From Chloroflexota bacterium (GTDB taxonomy: Bacteria > Chloroflexota > Anaerolineae > UBA4142): a DNA stretch of 64,000 bases. Below are positions 36,924 to 46,609 of this stretch, one piece after another. Positions within the stretch are counted from its first letter, which is position 1. Every line of letters starts with the position of its first letter. A program made the translations under genes and the position numbers. The DNA lies in contig JBBIUF010000006.1 in NCBI GenBank assembly GCA_037440365.1, forward strand, positions 10,134 through 74,133, in the 5' to 3' direction. The notes beneath the pieces were generated by a model. The model ran no database searches and had not been told where the DNA came from. It was given only the letters and a program-made list of their open reading frames with translations.

Positions 36924-37535
36924 TCACCATTTTTTATAACCGTCGCTCATGCCGCGATATTCAATAAATGGCTCGTTGATCAATTTTGCCTTGAGCGCAA
37001 TCTCGCATGATTCTTCCAGCGTGGACGACCAGTGAAAGGCTTCGTCCAGCGTTTGCCCAATGGCGAAACTGCCATGCCCGCGCAACATGACGATTTTGTA
37101 CTGCGCAAGCGTGTGCGCCAAATTGTTTGCCATCTCCGGCGAACCCGACGCAAACTCTTCCCAGATGACCGGCACTTTTTTCAGCAAATACGATGCTTCA
37201 TTGTCAATCGGCACAATCTCATCCCGCGACAACGAATACGCAATCGCGGTGCGCGGGTGGCAATGCACAATCGCGAGCGCGGGCGTTTTCAGATAAATGA
37301 TGCGGTGCACGAGTAATTCGGACGACGCCAGCGCCACGCCGCTATCATTTTTATCAAGCCGGGTCTCGATCAGATCGTGCGGTTTGAGTCTTCCCAGCAT
37401 CGCGCCGCGCCGTTTGATGATCAGATGATCGCCAAGACGAATGCTAATGTTGCCGCCATGCGAACTGACCATATCCGCGTCATACAAGTCGCGCCCAATT
37501 TCTTGGAATTGTTGAACGATGCGTTCATCAATCAT
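36924..37535 (-). CDS. Class II aldolase/adducin family protein
   Basis: 203 aa with SSHGGNISIRL and a His cluster (HCHP...GHG). Its ATG overlaps the aor stop in an ATGA. Confidence 0.8.
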   Translation of the reverse strand: MIDERIVQQFQEIGRDLYDADMVSSHGGNISIRLGDHLIIKRRGAMLGRLKPHDLIETRLDKNDSGVALASSELLVHRIIYLKTPALAIVHCHPRTAIAYSLSRDEIVPIDNEASYLLKKVPVIWEEFASGSPEMANNLAHTLAQYKIVMLRGHGSFAIGQTLDEAFHWSSTLEESCEIALKAKLINEPFIEYRGMSDGYKKW

Positions 37536-39325
37536 CGCGCCGCCTCCATCAAATTCTCAATCTGCAATTCTTTCAATTTCGCCGGTTTGGGCACGCCGTT
37601 TTCGTCCCAGCCGCGCACGCGATAGTATTCGACCAGCATCGGCTCCAACTTGTTGACCCAGCCCTTGCTCGGTCCGGCCACAATGGGCTCGTTCAAAATG
37701 CGCGCTGGCAAGGTGTCATCCGCTTGCGTAAATCCTTCGCGCAAGTTATACAAGCGTTCCATGTTATAAATACGCTCGCCCGCGCGAACCAGATCGCCGG
37801 TAGCGTACTGCACGCCCGTGACCGCCGACAAGGTGCGCGCAAAATATTCTTCAGCCACGCCCATATTGGTGAACTTGCATAGCACAAGCGAATCAATCGC
37901 CGCTGAGACGTTTTGATGCAACGCGACAAATGAGGATTTGCCTTGCACCTGAAAACGATCAATCAGTTTCGGCAAGCCCAGCACTTCCAAGCCGAGCATA
38001 TTGCCGCGCATGTGACACGCGCCGCGATTGGAGGTAGCGAACAAGAGTCCTTGCCCCTGCATACCGCGTGGATCGTAAGCCGGCATTTCCATCCCTTTAA
38101 CACTCATCGAAAGTTCCGGCGCGCCATACTTTTGCGCAAGCCGCAGACTACCGTCCGCCAGTTCCGCGCCAAGATCGCGGCGCATCGCCATCGCTTCCAG
38201 GGTCGCGGCAAACAAATCCGCGCGCCCAAACCGCAGATCGGATTGGAGCAAACCGCGTTCGGTCAATTCCATCGCGCATCCAATCGTCGAACCGGCGGAA
38301 ATCGTATCGAATCCCAGGTCATTACAAATTGAGTTGGCTTCAATGATCGCGGCAAGATCATCACTGCCGCACTGCGCGCCGAACGACCACGCCGTTTCAA
38401 ATTCGGGACCTTCGCCTTCCACCTTGTCAGTTTTGCTGATGCGCGTGCAACCAATCGGACACGCCCAGCACGCCGCATTTTTGACGAGATATTTTTCGGT
38501 GAGGGTTTCGCCAGAAATTGCTTCCGCGCCTTCAAACTGGCTTTGCTGAAAATTGCGCGTGGGCAATGCGCCTGCTGTGTTGATAATGTTCATCATCACA
38601 ACCGTGCCAAATTCAGGCAATGCCTGGCTCGTGAGCGGACTCTGGCGCAACATTTTGCGCGCTTCATACAGCATGAACTTGAATTGTTCCTGCTCCAGAA
38701 TCTCCGGACGCGCTTTGCCTTCGACGACAATCGCCTTGAGATTTTTACTGCCCATGACTGCGCCCGCGCCGCCACGCGCCAACGCGCGTTCGCCATCGTT
38801 CATGATCGCCGCAATGCGGCTCTGATTTTCACCCGCTGGTCCAATGCACAACACGTTCCGTTTGTTATTATTCTGCCCCAACGCCTTCGTCGTTGCGCGC
38901 ACCCGTTGTCCCCACAAGTGCGCCGCATCCTGGATCGTAATGCCGCTCGGTTTGATTTCGATGTACACTGGCTTGACCGCTTTGCCACGCACAATCAGCG
39001 CGTCATAGCCAGTCTTTTTGAACTGCATCCCCCAGAACCCACCCGAGTTGGCATCGAGCACCGTACCGGTCAGCGGACTCTTCGTCGTCACCGAAAAACG
39101 ATTGCTGGTTTGATATCCAGTTGCCGTGAGCGGACCGTTCGCAAAGATCAACACATTATCCGGCGACAATGGATCGACTTTTGGTCCAACCAAGTCCCAC
39201 AACAAGCGCGCGCCCAAACCGCGGCCGCCCAGAAACAGCCGCGCCATCGCTTCGTCAAGTGGATAATTTTTGACCACGCCCGTGCTCAAATCCACATCCA
39301 GAATTTTTCCTGCCCATCCGTGCAT
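37532..39325 (-). CDS. aor: Aldehyde:ferredoxin oxidoreductase (tungstopterin AOR family)
   Basis: 597 aa. The N-terminus is MHGWAGKILDVDLSTGVVKNYPLDEAMARLFLGGRGLGARLLWD. The 4Fe-4S ligand motif is CWACPIGC. Confidence 0.9.
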   Translation of the reverse strand: MHGWAGKILDVDLSTGVVKNYPLDEAMARLFLGGRGLGARLLWDLVGPKVDPLSPDNVLIFANGPLTATGYQTSNRFSVTTKSPLTGTVLDANSGGFWGMQFKKTGYDALIVRGKAVKPVYIEIKPSGITIQDAAHLWGQRVRATTKALGQNNNKRNVLCIGPAGENQSRIAAIMNDGERALARGGAGAVMGSKNLKAIVVEGKARPEILEQEQFKFMLYEARKMLRQSPLTSQALPEFGTVVMMNIINTAGALPTRNFQQSQFEGAEAISGETLTEKYLVKNAACWACPIGCTRISKTDKVEGEGPEFETAWSFGAQCGSDDLAAIIEANSICNDLGFDTISAGSTIGCAMELTERGLLQSDLRFGRADLFAATLEAMAMRRDLGAELADGSLRLAQKYGAPELSMSVKGMEMPAYDPRGMQGQGLLFATSNRGACHMRGNMLGLEVLGLPKLIDRFQVQGKSSFVALHQNVSAAIDSLVLCKFTNMGVAEEYFARTLSAVTGVQYATGDLVRAGERIYNMERLYNLREGFTQADDTLPARILNEPIVAGPSKGWVNKLEPMLVEYYRVRGWDENGVPKPAKLKELQIENLMEAAR

Positions 39326-39355
39326 GATAACTTCCTTTCCGATCAGTTATTTTGT

Positions 39356-40424
39356 CTAGCCACGCTGAGCTAGTTCGTTTTTTTCGTACGCTTTGATTTC
39401 ATTCACGAGCGCCATGCCCACTGGAACATTTTGCCCGACGCAATAATAATCCCAGACAGCGCCAAACGGAAACGCTTTTAATTCTTCGAGCAATACCAGA
39501 CGTTGCGTGTAATCGCCGATAATTTCCAAATGCCGCAACTGTGCCGTCGGCTCAACCAAAGCCATGAGCAAAGCCCGCAACGTATTGCGCGCGCCGATCA
39601 CCCACGCCGCGATGCGGTTAATGCTGGCGTCAAAATAATCCAAACCAATATGCGTGCGGCTAAGATAATCGCCCCGCACCAGTTCTTGCGCGATGGCTTG
39701 CAAATCGTCATTAAACGCAACCACATGATCACTGTCCCAGCGCACACCGCGGCTGACATGCAACAAAATTTCATTCACGTACAAGAATGTAGCAGATAAT
39801 TTATCGGCAATTGTTTCAGTCGGATGAAAATGTCCCGTGTCGATCGGGGATCCAAATGTTCGTCACACAGGGCGTGCCCAAATGCTTGCCAAACGCTTCG
39901 CCGATCTTGCGGCTCGCAATGCCATGTTCAATCCAAAATTGTCGCGTCCCCGCGTCATAGCTTGCGAGTGTAAACCCGGCATCGGCTTTGGGATGCGAAA
40001 AATACGATGGATTGAAATCCAATCCGTGCCGATTCGCTTTTGCCCAAGCGAGCCAATTCGCAAAATGTTCCGGGCGCAATTCGTTGCGTTCAACGCGCTT
40101 GTCGCCAGTTTCAGCGTAGAGCGCGTGCAGGTTCAAACGATGCGTACCGGGGATCAGCCGATATGCTTGATCGAGATCGCGGCGCAGTTCGTCGCCCGTG
40201 CGCGCGCGCCCGGGATAATTCCCAGTTGCCGCAATCCCACCAGTCAGTTCAACGTCGGGCGCTTCAAAGCCACGCACATCATCGCCTTGCCAGCAATGTA
40301 AACTCAGCGCCAGAGTCGCCAGTGCGGCCAGCGCGCGATCCGTGTCCACGCCAATTTGCGCGTAACGTTCTCGGGCAAGTTGATACGCATTCTGAATTTG
40401 TAAATCACTCGGAGGATTATGCAT
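39356..40424 (-). pseudogene. rhaA: L-rhamnose isomerase (RhaA) disrupted by an internal deletion and frameshift
   Basis: The N-terminal ORF (40424..39816) runs MHNPP...[13 protein letters not shown]...[12 protein letters not shown] and then reads RHGTFSSD-stop. A different frame from 39862 reads [42 protein letters not shown]...[16 protein letters not shown]...[10 protein letters not shown]. The segment that separates NIWIPDG from LDxGHFHPTE in E. coli RhaA (about 65-70 aa, from memory) is missing. Confidence 0.8.
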
Positions 40425-40433
40425 AATTGACCT

Positions 40434-41258
40434 TTAGAAGATGGTTTGTTGCACGCCAAACGCTTGACAGATCGCGCGAATTTCTTCGGCGGATAACCCT
40501 TCGCCCGCTTCGCCATTCGCAAGGTTCAGATATTCGTATTTCGCCCCAGTTTCAGCGTATTCAACCCGATCTGCCGCCCGCTTGACGGATTGATCGGAAC
40601 GTGCCATCACCCCATGCTTGCCCCACAGTACAACCCGATGCGCCCGCAGTGATTCGACCGTCGCCATCATCAATTCAGCAGACCCAGGAAGTAAAAACGG
40701 CAGACAGCCAATCCCCTCTGGCAATTGCACAATCATTTCCGGTTGCCATTGCAATAAATGACGATTCAAAAATGTTTCGTTTTGGTACCGCGGAATGTGG
40801 CTAAGGTAGGTGAGATGCGGCGGTTGCGCGTGAATGACCGCATGAAAGTTTGTGCCGGTCACGCGCACTTGATCACGATGCACGGCGAGATGCGAATTGA
40901 ATTCGCTCGTCAATTTTTGAAACAAACGGCGCGGCGAGGTATAAAGTGTCCCAGTCACACCACCCGCATCCACTCTAACAAAACCCAGGTTCGCCGCTGG
41001 GTCTTGGATAATTTCGCGCAAGCGGCGACCCGACCCGGTAACGAGAAACGAACGCCCTTCGAGTTCGGGCAGGGGTTCGGGCAACACAATGATTTCGGTA
41101 TTGGGAAACCGGCGGCGTGGATCAATGTCCCAGCCGATATACACTGAGATATTACCCGCCGCGCCTTCGCTCGCTTCAATCTCGGACAAGCGTTGTCCCG
41201 CTTCACCGATCAGCGATGCGAGTTCGTCTAATTCTGGATAAGGGGCTTGGATGCTCAT
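40434..41258 (-). CDS. rhaD: Rhamnulose-1-phosphate aldolase
   Basis: 274 aa, the same length as E. coli RhaD. It has EGAAGNISV, FLVTGSGRRLREIIQDPAANLGFVRVD and class II aldolase His residues. Confidence 0.8.
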   Translation of the reverse strand: MSIQAPYPELDELASLIGEAGQRLSEIEASEGAAGNISVYIGWDIDPRRRFPNTEIIVLPEPLPELEGRSFLVTGSGRRLREIIQDPAANLGFVRVDAGGVTGTLYTSPRRLFQKLTSEFNSHLAVHRDQVRVTGTNFHAVIHAQPPHLTYLSHIPRYQNETFLNRHLLQWQPEMIVQLPEGIGCLPFLLPGSAELMMATVESLRAHRVVLWGKHGVMARSDQSVKRAADRVEYAETGAKYEYLNLANGEAGEGLSAEEIRAICQAFGVQQTIF

Positions 41259-41285
41259 GGTTTACCTCAACTCTAGAAAATAAAA

Positions 41286-42758
41286 TCAGGTTCCGATCAA
41301 TTGATTGAATCGCGTATACGCGCGATCCCAGCCCGCGCTCTGCGCCGGTTCAAACGTCTGCATCTCAAACGAGTGAGCGACGATGGCGCGTGCGGCTTGA
41401 ATCGATTCGATGTGACCGAGCGCGAGGGCTTGCCCCAATATATTCCCAATCGCGGTTGCCTCGATGGGACCCGTGATCACGCGCCGCCCGGTTGCATCCG
41501 CCGCAAACTGGCTCAGCAAGCGATTCTGCGTTCCGCCACCGACAATGTGCAACGGTTCAAGCGGATGACCGATCATCGCTTCGAGATGTTCCAACACCCA
41601 GCGATATTTGAGCGCGAGTCCTTCGAGCGCGCACCGTACAATTTCGCCGCGCGTTTCCGGCGCGCGCTGTCCAGTGCGTTCGCAATACACGCGAATGCGC
41701 GCAGGCATATCGCCGGGTTTCAAGAAATCGTCGGCGTCCACGTCAATCACCGCGCAGAACGGTTCGGCTTGCGCCGCCATTTGCGTGAGTTCGGCGTAGG
41801 ATAAATCATTGCCTTGCCGCGCCCACGTGCGCCGACATTCTTGCACCAACCACAATCCCGCAATATTTTTGGAGAAACGGAATGTGCCACCGACGCCGCC
41901 TTCGTTCGTAAAATTATTTTTCAAACTCACAGCATTGATCACCGGCTCGCGCAATTCCGCGCCCATGATCGACCAGGTGCCGGAACTGATCCACGCAAAG
42001 TTGTCATTTTGCGCCGGTACCGCCGCGACCGCCGAGCCGGTATCGTGACACGCGGGCGCAATCCCCACAAGGTGATTCGCGCCGATCTCGTCAGTCACAG
42101 AAGGCAACAACGATCCCAGGACAGTTCCGGATGGAATCACGCGCGGAAAAATTCGGCGCGGAATGTTGAGCGTGGCAAGCAAGGCATCCGCCCACGCGCG
42201 CGTGCGTGGATTATAGCATTGCGTCGTCGTCGCAATACTAAACTCGGACGCCACTTGCCCGGTCAGCCAATAATTGAACAAATCCGGCATGGTCAAAAAT
42301 GTTTGCGCGTGCGCCAACGCCGGCGCGTGCGCCTCAACCAGGGAGAGCAATTGATACAAGGTGTTCAGTTGCATAAACTGAATCCCGGTGCAATCAAAAA
42401 TATGTTCGCGCGGCATTTTGGCAAACGCGGCCTCCACCATGCCATCGGTGCGGCTGTCGCGATAATGAAACGGGTTACCGATTAGCGCGCCCTGCTCGTC
42501 GAGCAAGCCGTAATCCACGCCCCAGGTGTCCACCCCAACGCTCGCCAAATCCGTGCCATGTTGCTTGGTGGCAAGCACAAGCCCGGTTTTAATTTCGTGC
42601 CACAAACGCAACACGTCCCAATGCAACCCATCGGGCAAACGCACCGGCGTATTTACAAAACGATGGCTTTCGGCGAGCGCAAGTTTGCCGTTTGCCAGCG
42701 CGCCGACGATCGCCCGGCCGCTTTCCGCTCCAAGATCGAGTGCCAGGTAATGCGACAT
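41286..42758 (-). CDS. rhaB: Rhamnulokinase (FGGY family)
   Basis: 490 aa. The N-terminus is MSHYLALDLGAESGRAIVGAL...RFVNTPVRLPDGLHWDVLRLWHEI. The FGGY C-terminal motif is HIVGGGTQN. Confidence 0.85.
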   Translation of the reverse strand: MSHYLALDLGAESGRAIVGALANGKLALAESHRFVNTPVRLPDGLHWDVLRLWHEIKTGLVLATKQHGTDLASVGVDTWGVDYGLLDEQGALIGNPFHYRDSRTDGMVEAAFAKMPREHIFDCTGIQFMQLNTLYQLLSLVEAHAPALAHAQTFLTMPDLFNYWLTGQVASEFSIATTTQCYNPRTRAWADALLATLNIPRRIFPRVIPSGTVLGSLLPSVTDEIGANHLVGIAPACHDTGSAVAAVPAQNDNFAWISSGTWSIMGAELREPVINAVSLKNNFTNEGGVGGTFRFSKNIAGLWLVQECRRTWARQGNDLSYAELTQMAAQAEPFCAVIDVDADDFLKPGDMPARIRVYCERTGQRAPETRGEIVRCALEGLALKYRWVLEHLEAMIGHPLEPLHIVGGGTQNRLLSQFAADATGRRVITGPIEATAIGNILGQALALGHIESIQAARAIVAHSFEMQTFEPAQSAGWDRAYTRFNQLIGT

Positions 42759-42768
42759 ACGTATACCC

Positions 42769-43563
42769 CTAGTCTAGCGCATCGTTCGCGCGCTCAGCGC
42801 CACAGAGTGTCAACGCGACACCGAATTGTTTGAGTTGGTTAATCCATTGCGGCGCTAGATCGCTGTCGGCATAAAACCGCGAAACTTGGTCCGTGCGCGC
42901 GAACGGGATCAGCGTCACTTTGCCGAATTTGGTTGCATCAATCAACGCGATGACAGAATCCGCCGCCGCGATCATTTTATTTTTGAGTTGGGCTTCTTGA
43001 AGATCCACTTCGGTCAAACCAGCTTCGGGGGTAAATCCAAAACATGAAACGAACGCGGTTTTGACATGCAAATCTTTTAGAATGGATTCGCTGAGGGAGC
43101 CGCGCACGGAAATCCCATCGGGATGCAAGACCCCGCCGAGGAGAATCACGGTGTTCGATAAATCTTGCGCGAGCGCGCGCGCAACTTCGATCCCGTTCGT
43201 GATGACAGTGAGATTATGCCGATCTTGGAGAAACTGTGCAATCGAGTAAACGGTTGTGCTAGCATCAAAGAGGAGTGAGTCGCCATCCGAAACTAGAGTA
43301 GCGGCACGGCGAGCCATACATTGTTTCGCAGAGACATTCACATATGCGCGCGTGGTAAAAGCAGAAATGCGCGGTTCACGATTGTCTGTGACCACGGCAC
43401 CGCCATGCACGCGCTCCAACGCCCCGGCTTGCGCGAGCGCGGTCAAGTCGTTGCGAATCGTGCCTTCGGAAACATTCAACCGTTTGGCAAGGTCAGGCAC
43501 GCGAATTCCAGGTTGTTCGCGAAGCAGATCAAGAATTCTTTGGCGACGTTCAAATGTGGTCAT
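42769..43563 (-). CDS. DeoR family transcriptional regulator
   Basis: 264 aa with an N-terminal HTH (RRQRILDLLREQPGIRVPDLAKRLNVSEGTIRNDL) and a DeoR C-terminal sugar-phosphate sensor domain. Confidence 0.88.
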   Translation of the reverse strand: MTTFERRQRILDLLREQPGIRVPDLAKRLNVSEGTIRNDLTALAQAGALERVHGGAVVTDNREPRISAFTTRAYVNVSAKQCMARRAATLVSDGDSLLFDASTTVYSIAQFLQDRHNLTVITNGIEVARALAQDLSNTVILLGGVLHPDGISVRGSLSESILKDLHVKTAFVSCFGFTPEAGLTEVDLQEAQLKNKMIAAADSVIALIDATKFGKVTLIPFARTDQVSRFYADSDLAPQWINQLKQFGVALTLCGAERANDALD

Positions 43564-43823
43564 CGGTTCATCCTTGAAACCAGATTGATCAACCTATTTG
43601 CCTTGATTAGATCAAGTGAAGCAAATCGCGCCACAACAACCATTACTTGCGATATTTTTTCGTTTAGTTGTTGATATTTATATATTTTTGTTGATTTTTA
43701 CGAAATTATAATACTCTGATTGTTGTTTTTTGTCAATAATTGTGTTATTCAATCAATCCAACGCGTTGTGAATGTGCAAATTCGAATTCGAGCGAAATGT
43801 GGAAATTAGCGCGCTGACGTGGT

Positions 43824-43845
43824 ATGGTTATAATATGGTTATAAT
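43824..43845. repeat. Perfect tandem 11-mer (ATGGTTATAAT x2) creating two -10-like boxes
   Basis: The two copies are at 43824-43834 and 43835-43845, read directly. They lie 25 nt upstream of the 43870 start codon. Confidence 0.7.
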
Positions 43846-43869
43846 TCGAGGCATCGCAAAGGAGAATGA

Positions 43870-44433
43870 ATGTTAGACAAAGTAACAACGATGGTCCGGC
43901 ATTGGTTGCCGTTGGCGCTTGTGATCACTGCCATGTGCGGTTTGGTCTATCTGGTTGCGCAACAAACTCTGCGCATCGGCGCCAACGATCCGCAAATTCA
44001 AATTGCCGAAGACGCGGCAAACGCTTTGGCGCGCGGAGCCAGCGCCCAAGCGGTGCTTCCAACAAACCCGGTTGATGTGGCATCCAGTCTTGCGCCGTTT
44101 GTGGTTATCTTGAACGCGAGTAAGGAACCCATGGCAACATCTGGTTTGTTGCACGGGCAAACACCAACATTACCTGCTGGAGTATTGGATGCCGCCAAAG
44201 CCCAAATCGAAAATCGCGTGACCTGGCAACCGGAACCAGGCGTGCGGATCGCGCTAGTCGTGGTCAGTTACGCCGGTGCCAACCCAGGATTCGTCGTCGC
44301 CGGTCGCTCATTGCGTGAAATCGAAAAACGCATTGACCTGCTTGGCTTGATCGTTGGCGCGGCATGGCTTGCCACGATGTCCGCTTCTGGAATCGTCGTG
44401 GCATTTGCAGAATTCGCGCTCGCAAAACACTAA
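43870..44433 (+). CDS. Membrane-anchored protein with N- and C-terminal TM helices, unknown function
   Basis: 187-aa ORF with AAGGAG upstream. I recognise no motif. Confidence 0.55.
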   Translation: MLDKVTTMVRHWLPLALVITAMCGLVYLVAQQTLRIGANDPQIQIAEDAANALARGASAQAVLPTNPVDVASSLAPFVVILNASKEPMATSGLLHGQTPTLPAGVLDAAKAQIENRVTWQPEPGVRIALVVVSYAGANPGFVVAGRSLREIEKRIDLLGLIVGAAWLATMSASGIVVAFAEFALAKH

Positions 44434-44445
44434 GAGAAATCAACG

Positions 44446-45162
44446 ATGAGTGAAAAACAAAAATGGTACGTGGTTGTGTTATATGCCATAGCGATGGCGT
44501 GGGTCGAAGCGGCAGTCGTGGTTTATTTGCGCACACTGATCAATCGGCTTGTGCCGTACCAACCTGATCCACTGCCCAACTTGGGCGCGTTTGGCGGCAT
44601 TGAGTTGGTGCGCGAATTTGCAACGCTCGTCATGTTGCTAACGGTGGGCGGGCTGGCGGGACGTACCTGGCGCAGTCGCGCGGGCTATGCGGTGATCGCG
44701 TTCGGCATTTGGGATATTTTCTATTACCTCTTTCTCGTGCCGACGAGCGGCTGGCCCGCCTCAGTTTGGGATTGGGATATTTTATTTCTGATTCCCCTGC
44801 CGTGGTGGGGTCCGGTGATCGCGCCAATCAGTATTTCGCTGTTGCTGATCCTAGGTGGCACACTCGTTTCGCAATATGATACGCCAACGCGCCCAGTCTT
44901 ACCGGGACGCTGGACAATCCTCACGGCAACACTAGGCGCGTTGTGCGCGCTGTACGCATTCATGCAAGATGCCCTTCGCGTTTCAAGCGCAGGCACGCAA
45001 GCAGTCCTCAACACCTTGCCCACTTCATTCAACTGGATCGCATTTTTGCTGGGGCTTGCCTTGATGGCGTTGCCAGTGATCGATGTGGCACGGCGCGTGT
45101 TTTGGGCTAGTCCACCAAGCTTTCTACAAATTGCATCAACCGATACACATCGGCAAAATTAG
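44446..45162 (+). CDS. Polytopic membrane protein, unknown function
   Basis: 238 aa with 6-7 TM helices. It is Trp-rich (SGWPASVWDWDILFLIPLPWWGP). Its 3' end overlaps the convergent gene by 56 nt. Confidence 0.55.
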   Translation: MSEKQKWYVVVLYAIAMAWVEAAVVVYLRTLINRLVPYQPDPLPNLGAFGGIELVREFATLVMLLTVGGLAGRTWRSRAGYAVIAFGIWDIFYYLFLVPTSGWPASVWDWDILFLIPLPWWGPVIAPISISLLLILGGTLVSQYDTPTRPVLPGRWTILTATLGALCALYAFMQDALRVSSAGTQAVLNTLPTSFNWIAFLLGLALMALPVIDVARRVFWASPPSFLQIASTDTHRQN

Positions 45163-46528
45163 AAACCACGCCAACCGAGATTCGCACTGCGCCGGTGCTT
45201 TGACTATCAAAACACACGCGGAAATCGTCCAGCGTCAAATGCTCGTTGGGCTGATTGAAACAGGCAATCAGCTCGGGCTGGGACAAGCCCAGCGCAAGTT
45301 CACCGGCACCTGGGTTGCAAAAACAACCGGTCCGCAGAGAAATTTTGGCTTGGTTGGCTTGGTGTTCGATCAGACGGTGATCCAGGGCGCGCCCCGTGTG
45401 ATCATAGAAATTCATCGTCAGCGTGCCGCCCCGTTGTTCGGTGTTGGCAGGGCCGAATAAGCGTACCAGCGGCGTCCCATTCGTGTGCTTGAGCGCCAGT
45501 AAATTTTCGATCAACCAACCCGTGAGACAACGCACGCGCTCGTGAATCATTTCGAGCCCAATGGACTTGAGATAGCGCAAACCAATTTCAACCGCTGGCA
45601 ATTCGAGATAGTTCACGGTGCCATCTTCAAACGCGGCTTCGCTAGCCGCCAAATAATAGCGATCCCCTTGCACCGAGGCAACCGTGATCGTGCCACCGGC
45701 AAACCAGGGGCGACGGAGTTGCGCCAACGACTCGCGGCGCGCCAACAGACAACCAATCCCCGTTGGATAACCAAACATTTTGTAGAACGAGAGCGGCACA
45801 AAATCGGGATGCCAGCGACTCAGGTCTAACCGATTGGTGGGCGCAAACGCCGCCGCATCCAGCAAGACCTGCCACCCGTGCGCCTGCGCGCGCGCGATCC
45901 ATTCCAGCGAATGTTGCGCGCCGGAAAAGTTCGATTGCGCGGGAAACGCGAATAAATTGTGTCCGCCTAACTTTGCTTGGTTGAGGTAATTAACCAGCTG
46001 GGTTTCGTCCACGCGCATCTCCGGCAACACCAATGGCACATACGTCACTTGCGCGCCGCGATGACGCGCAAACTCACGGATGCCATTCACTGAATTGTGG
46101 TTGTCAAACGTCAGCAAATAATGATCCCCAGTTTCAAATGGAAACGCCTCGCCGACTAACTTGAGCGCACCGCTCGCATTCGGCGTAAAGATCGCGACAT
46201 ATTCTTCGGGCGCGGCGTTAAAGAATTCTAGCACCGCACGCCGCGCGCGTTCAATCAAGGTCGTCATCGCAAGGGACGTGGGGTTGGATGAATGGGGATT
46301 GCCATAGACCTCGCCGCGAAGCAACTCCATGTGTTGATCCAATTGCGAAATGGCGTAGAGACCACCGCCGGTATAATCGAGGTAGACATGCCCGCCTGCA
46401 TCCAGCCGCGCATAGTCCGTTGCGCGCAATGCGTCGAGTTGGCGCGTGGTTTCAAACGTTGGATACGCTTGACGAAACGCGCGCTCCGCTTGCTCAATCC
46501 GATTGGAGGGAAATAAATCCATCATCAC
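45107..46528 (-). CDS. Class V aminotransferase-fold PLP enzyme, molybdenum cofactor sulfurase (NifS-like domain) type
   Basis: 473 aa with YLDYTGGGLY...GNPHSSNPTS and SFYKMFGYPTGIGCLLAR (PLP-Lys context), typical of MoCo-sulfurase-like desulfurases. Confidence 0.75.
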   Translation of the reverse strand: MMMDLFPSNRIEQAERAFRQAYPTFETTRQLDALRATDYARLDAGGHVYLDYTGGGLYAISQLDQHMELLRGEVYGNPHSSNPTSLAMTTLIERARRAVLEFFNAAPEEYVAIFTPNASGALKLVGEAFPFETGDHYLLTFDNHNSVNGIREFARHRGAQVTYVPLVLPEMRVDETQLVNYLNQAKLGGHNLFAFPAQSNFSGAQHSLEWIARAQAHGWQVLLDAAAFAPTNRLDLSRWHPDFVPLSFYKMFGYPTGIGCLLARRESLAQLRRPWFAGGTITVASVQGDRYYLAASEAAFEDGTVNYLELPAVEIGLRYLKSIGLEMIHERVRCLTGWLIENLLALKHTNGTPLVRLFGPANTEQRGGTLTMNFYDHTGRALDHRLIEHQANQAKISLRTGCFCNPGAGELALGLSQPELIACFNQPNEHLTLDDFRVCFDSQSTGAVRISVGVVSNFADVYRLMQFVESLVD

Positions 46529-46609
46529 ATTGCTCCTGAAATAAAATTGTCTAGCCGGGCCGTGGCTGTCAGACGCGTAGCGCGAGATCGAACCATCCAG
46601 CCCTTGCCG

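Noticed and set aside
38543-39373. 276-aa plus-strand ORF.
   Set aside because: It is antisense to the aldehyde:ferredoxin oxidoreductase gene. It is Arg-rich and has no motif.
45107-45162. 56-nt overlap of the 3' ends of convergent genes (membrane protein versus class V aminotransferase).
   Set aside because: Both C-termini look plausible and no frameshift is evident. Convergent overlaps of this size occur in compact genomes. It is noted but not treated as anomalous.
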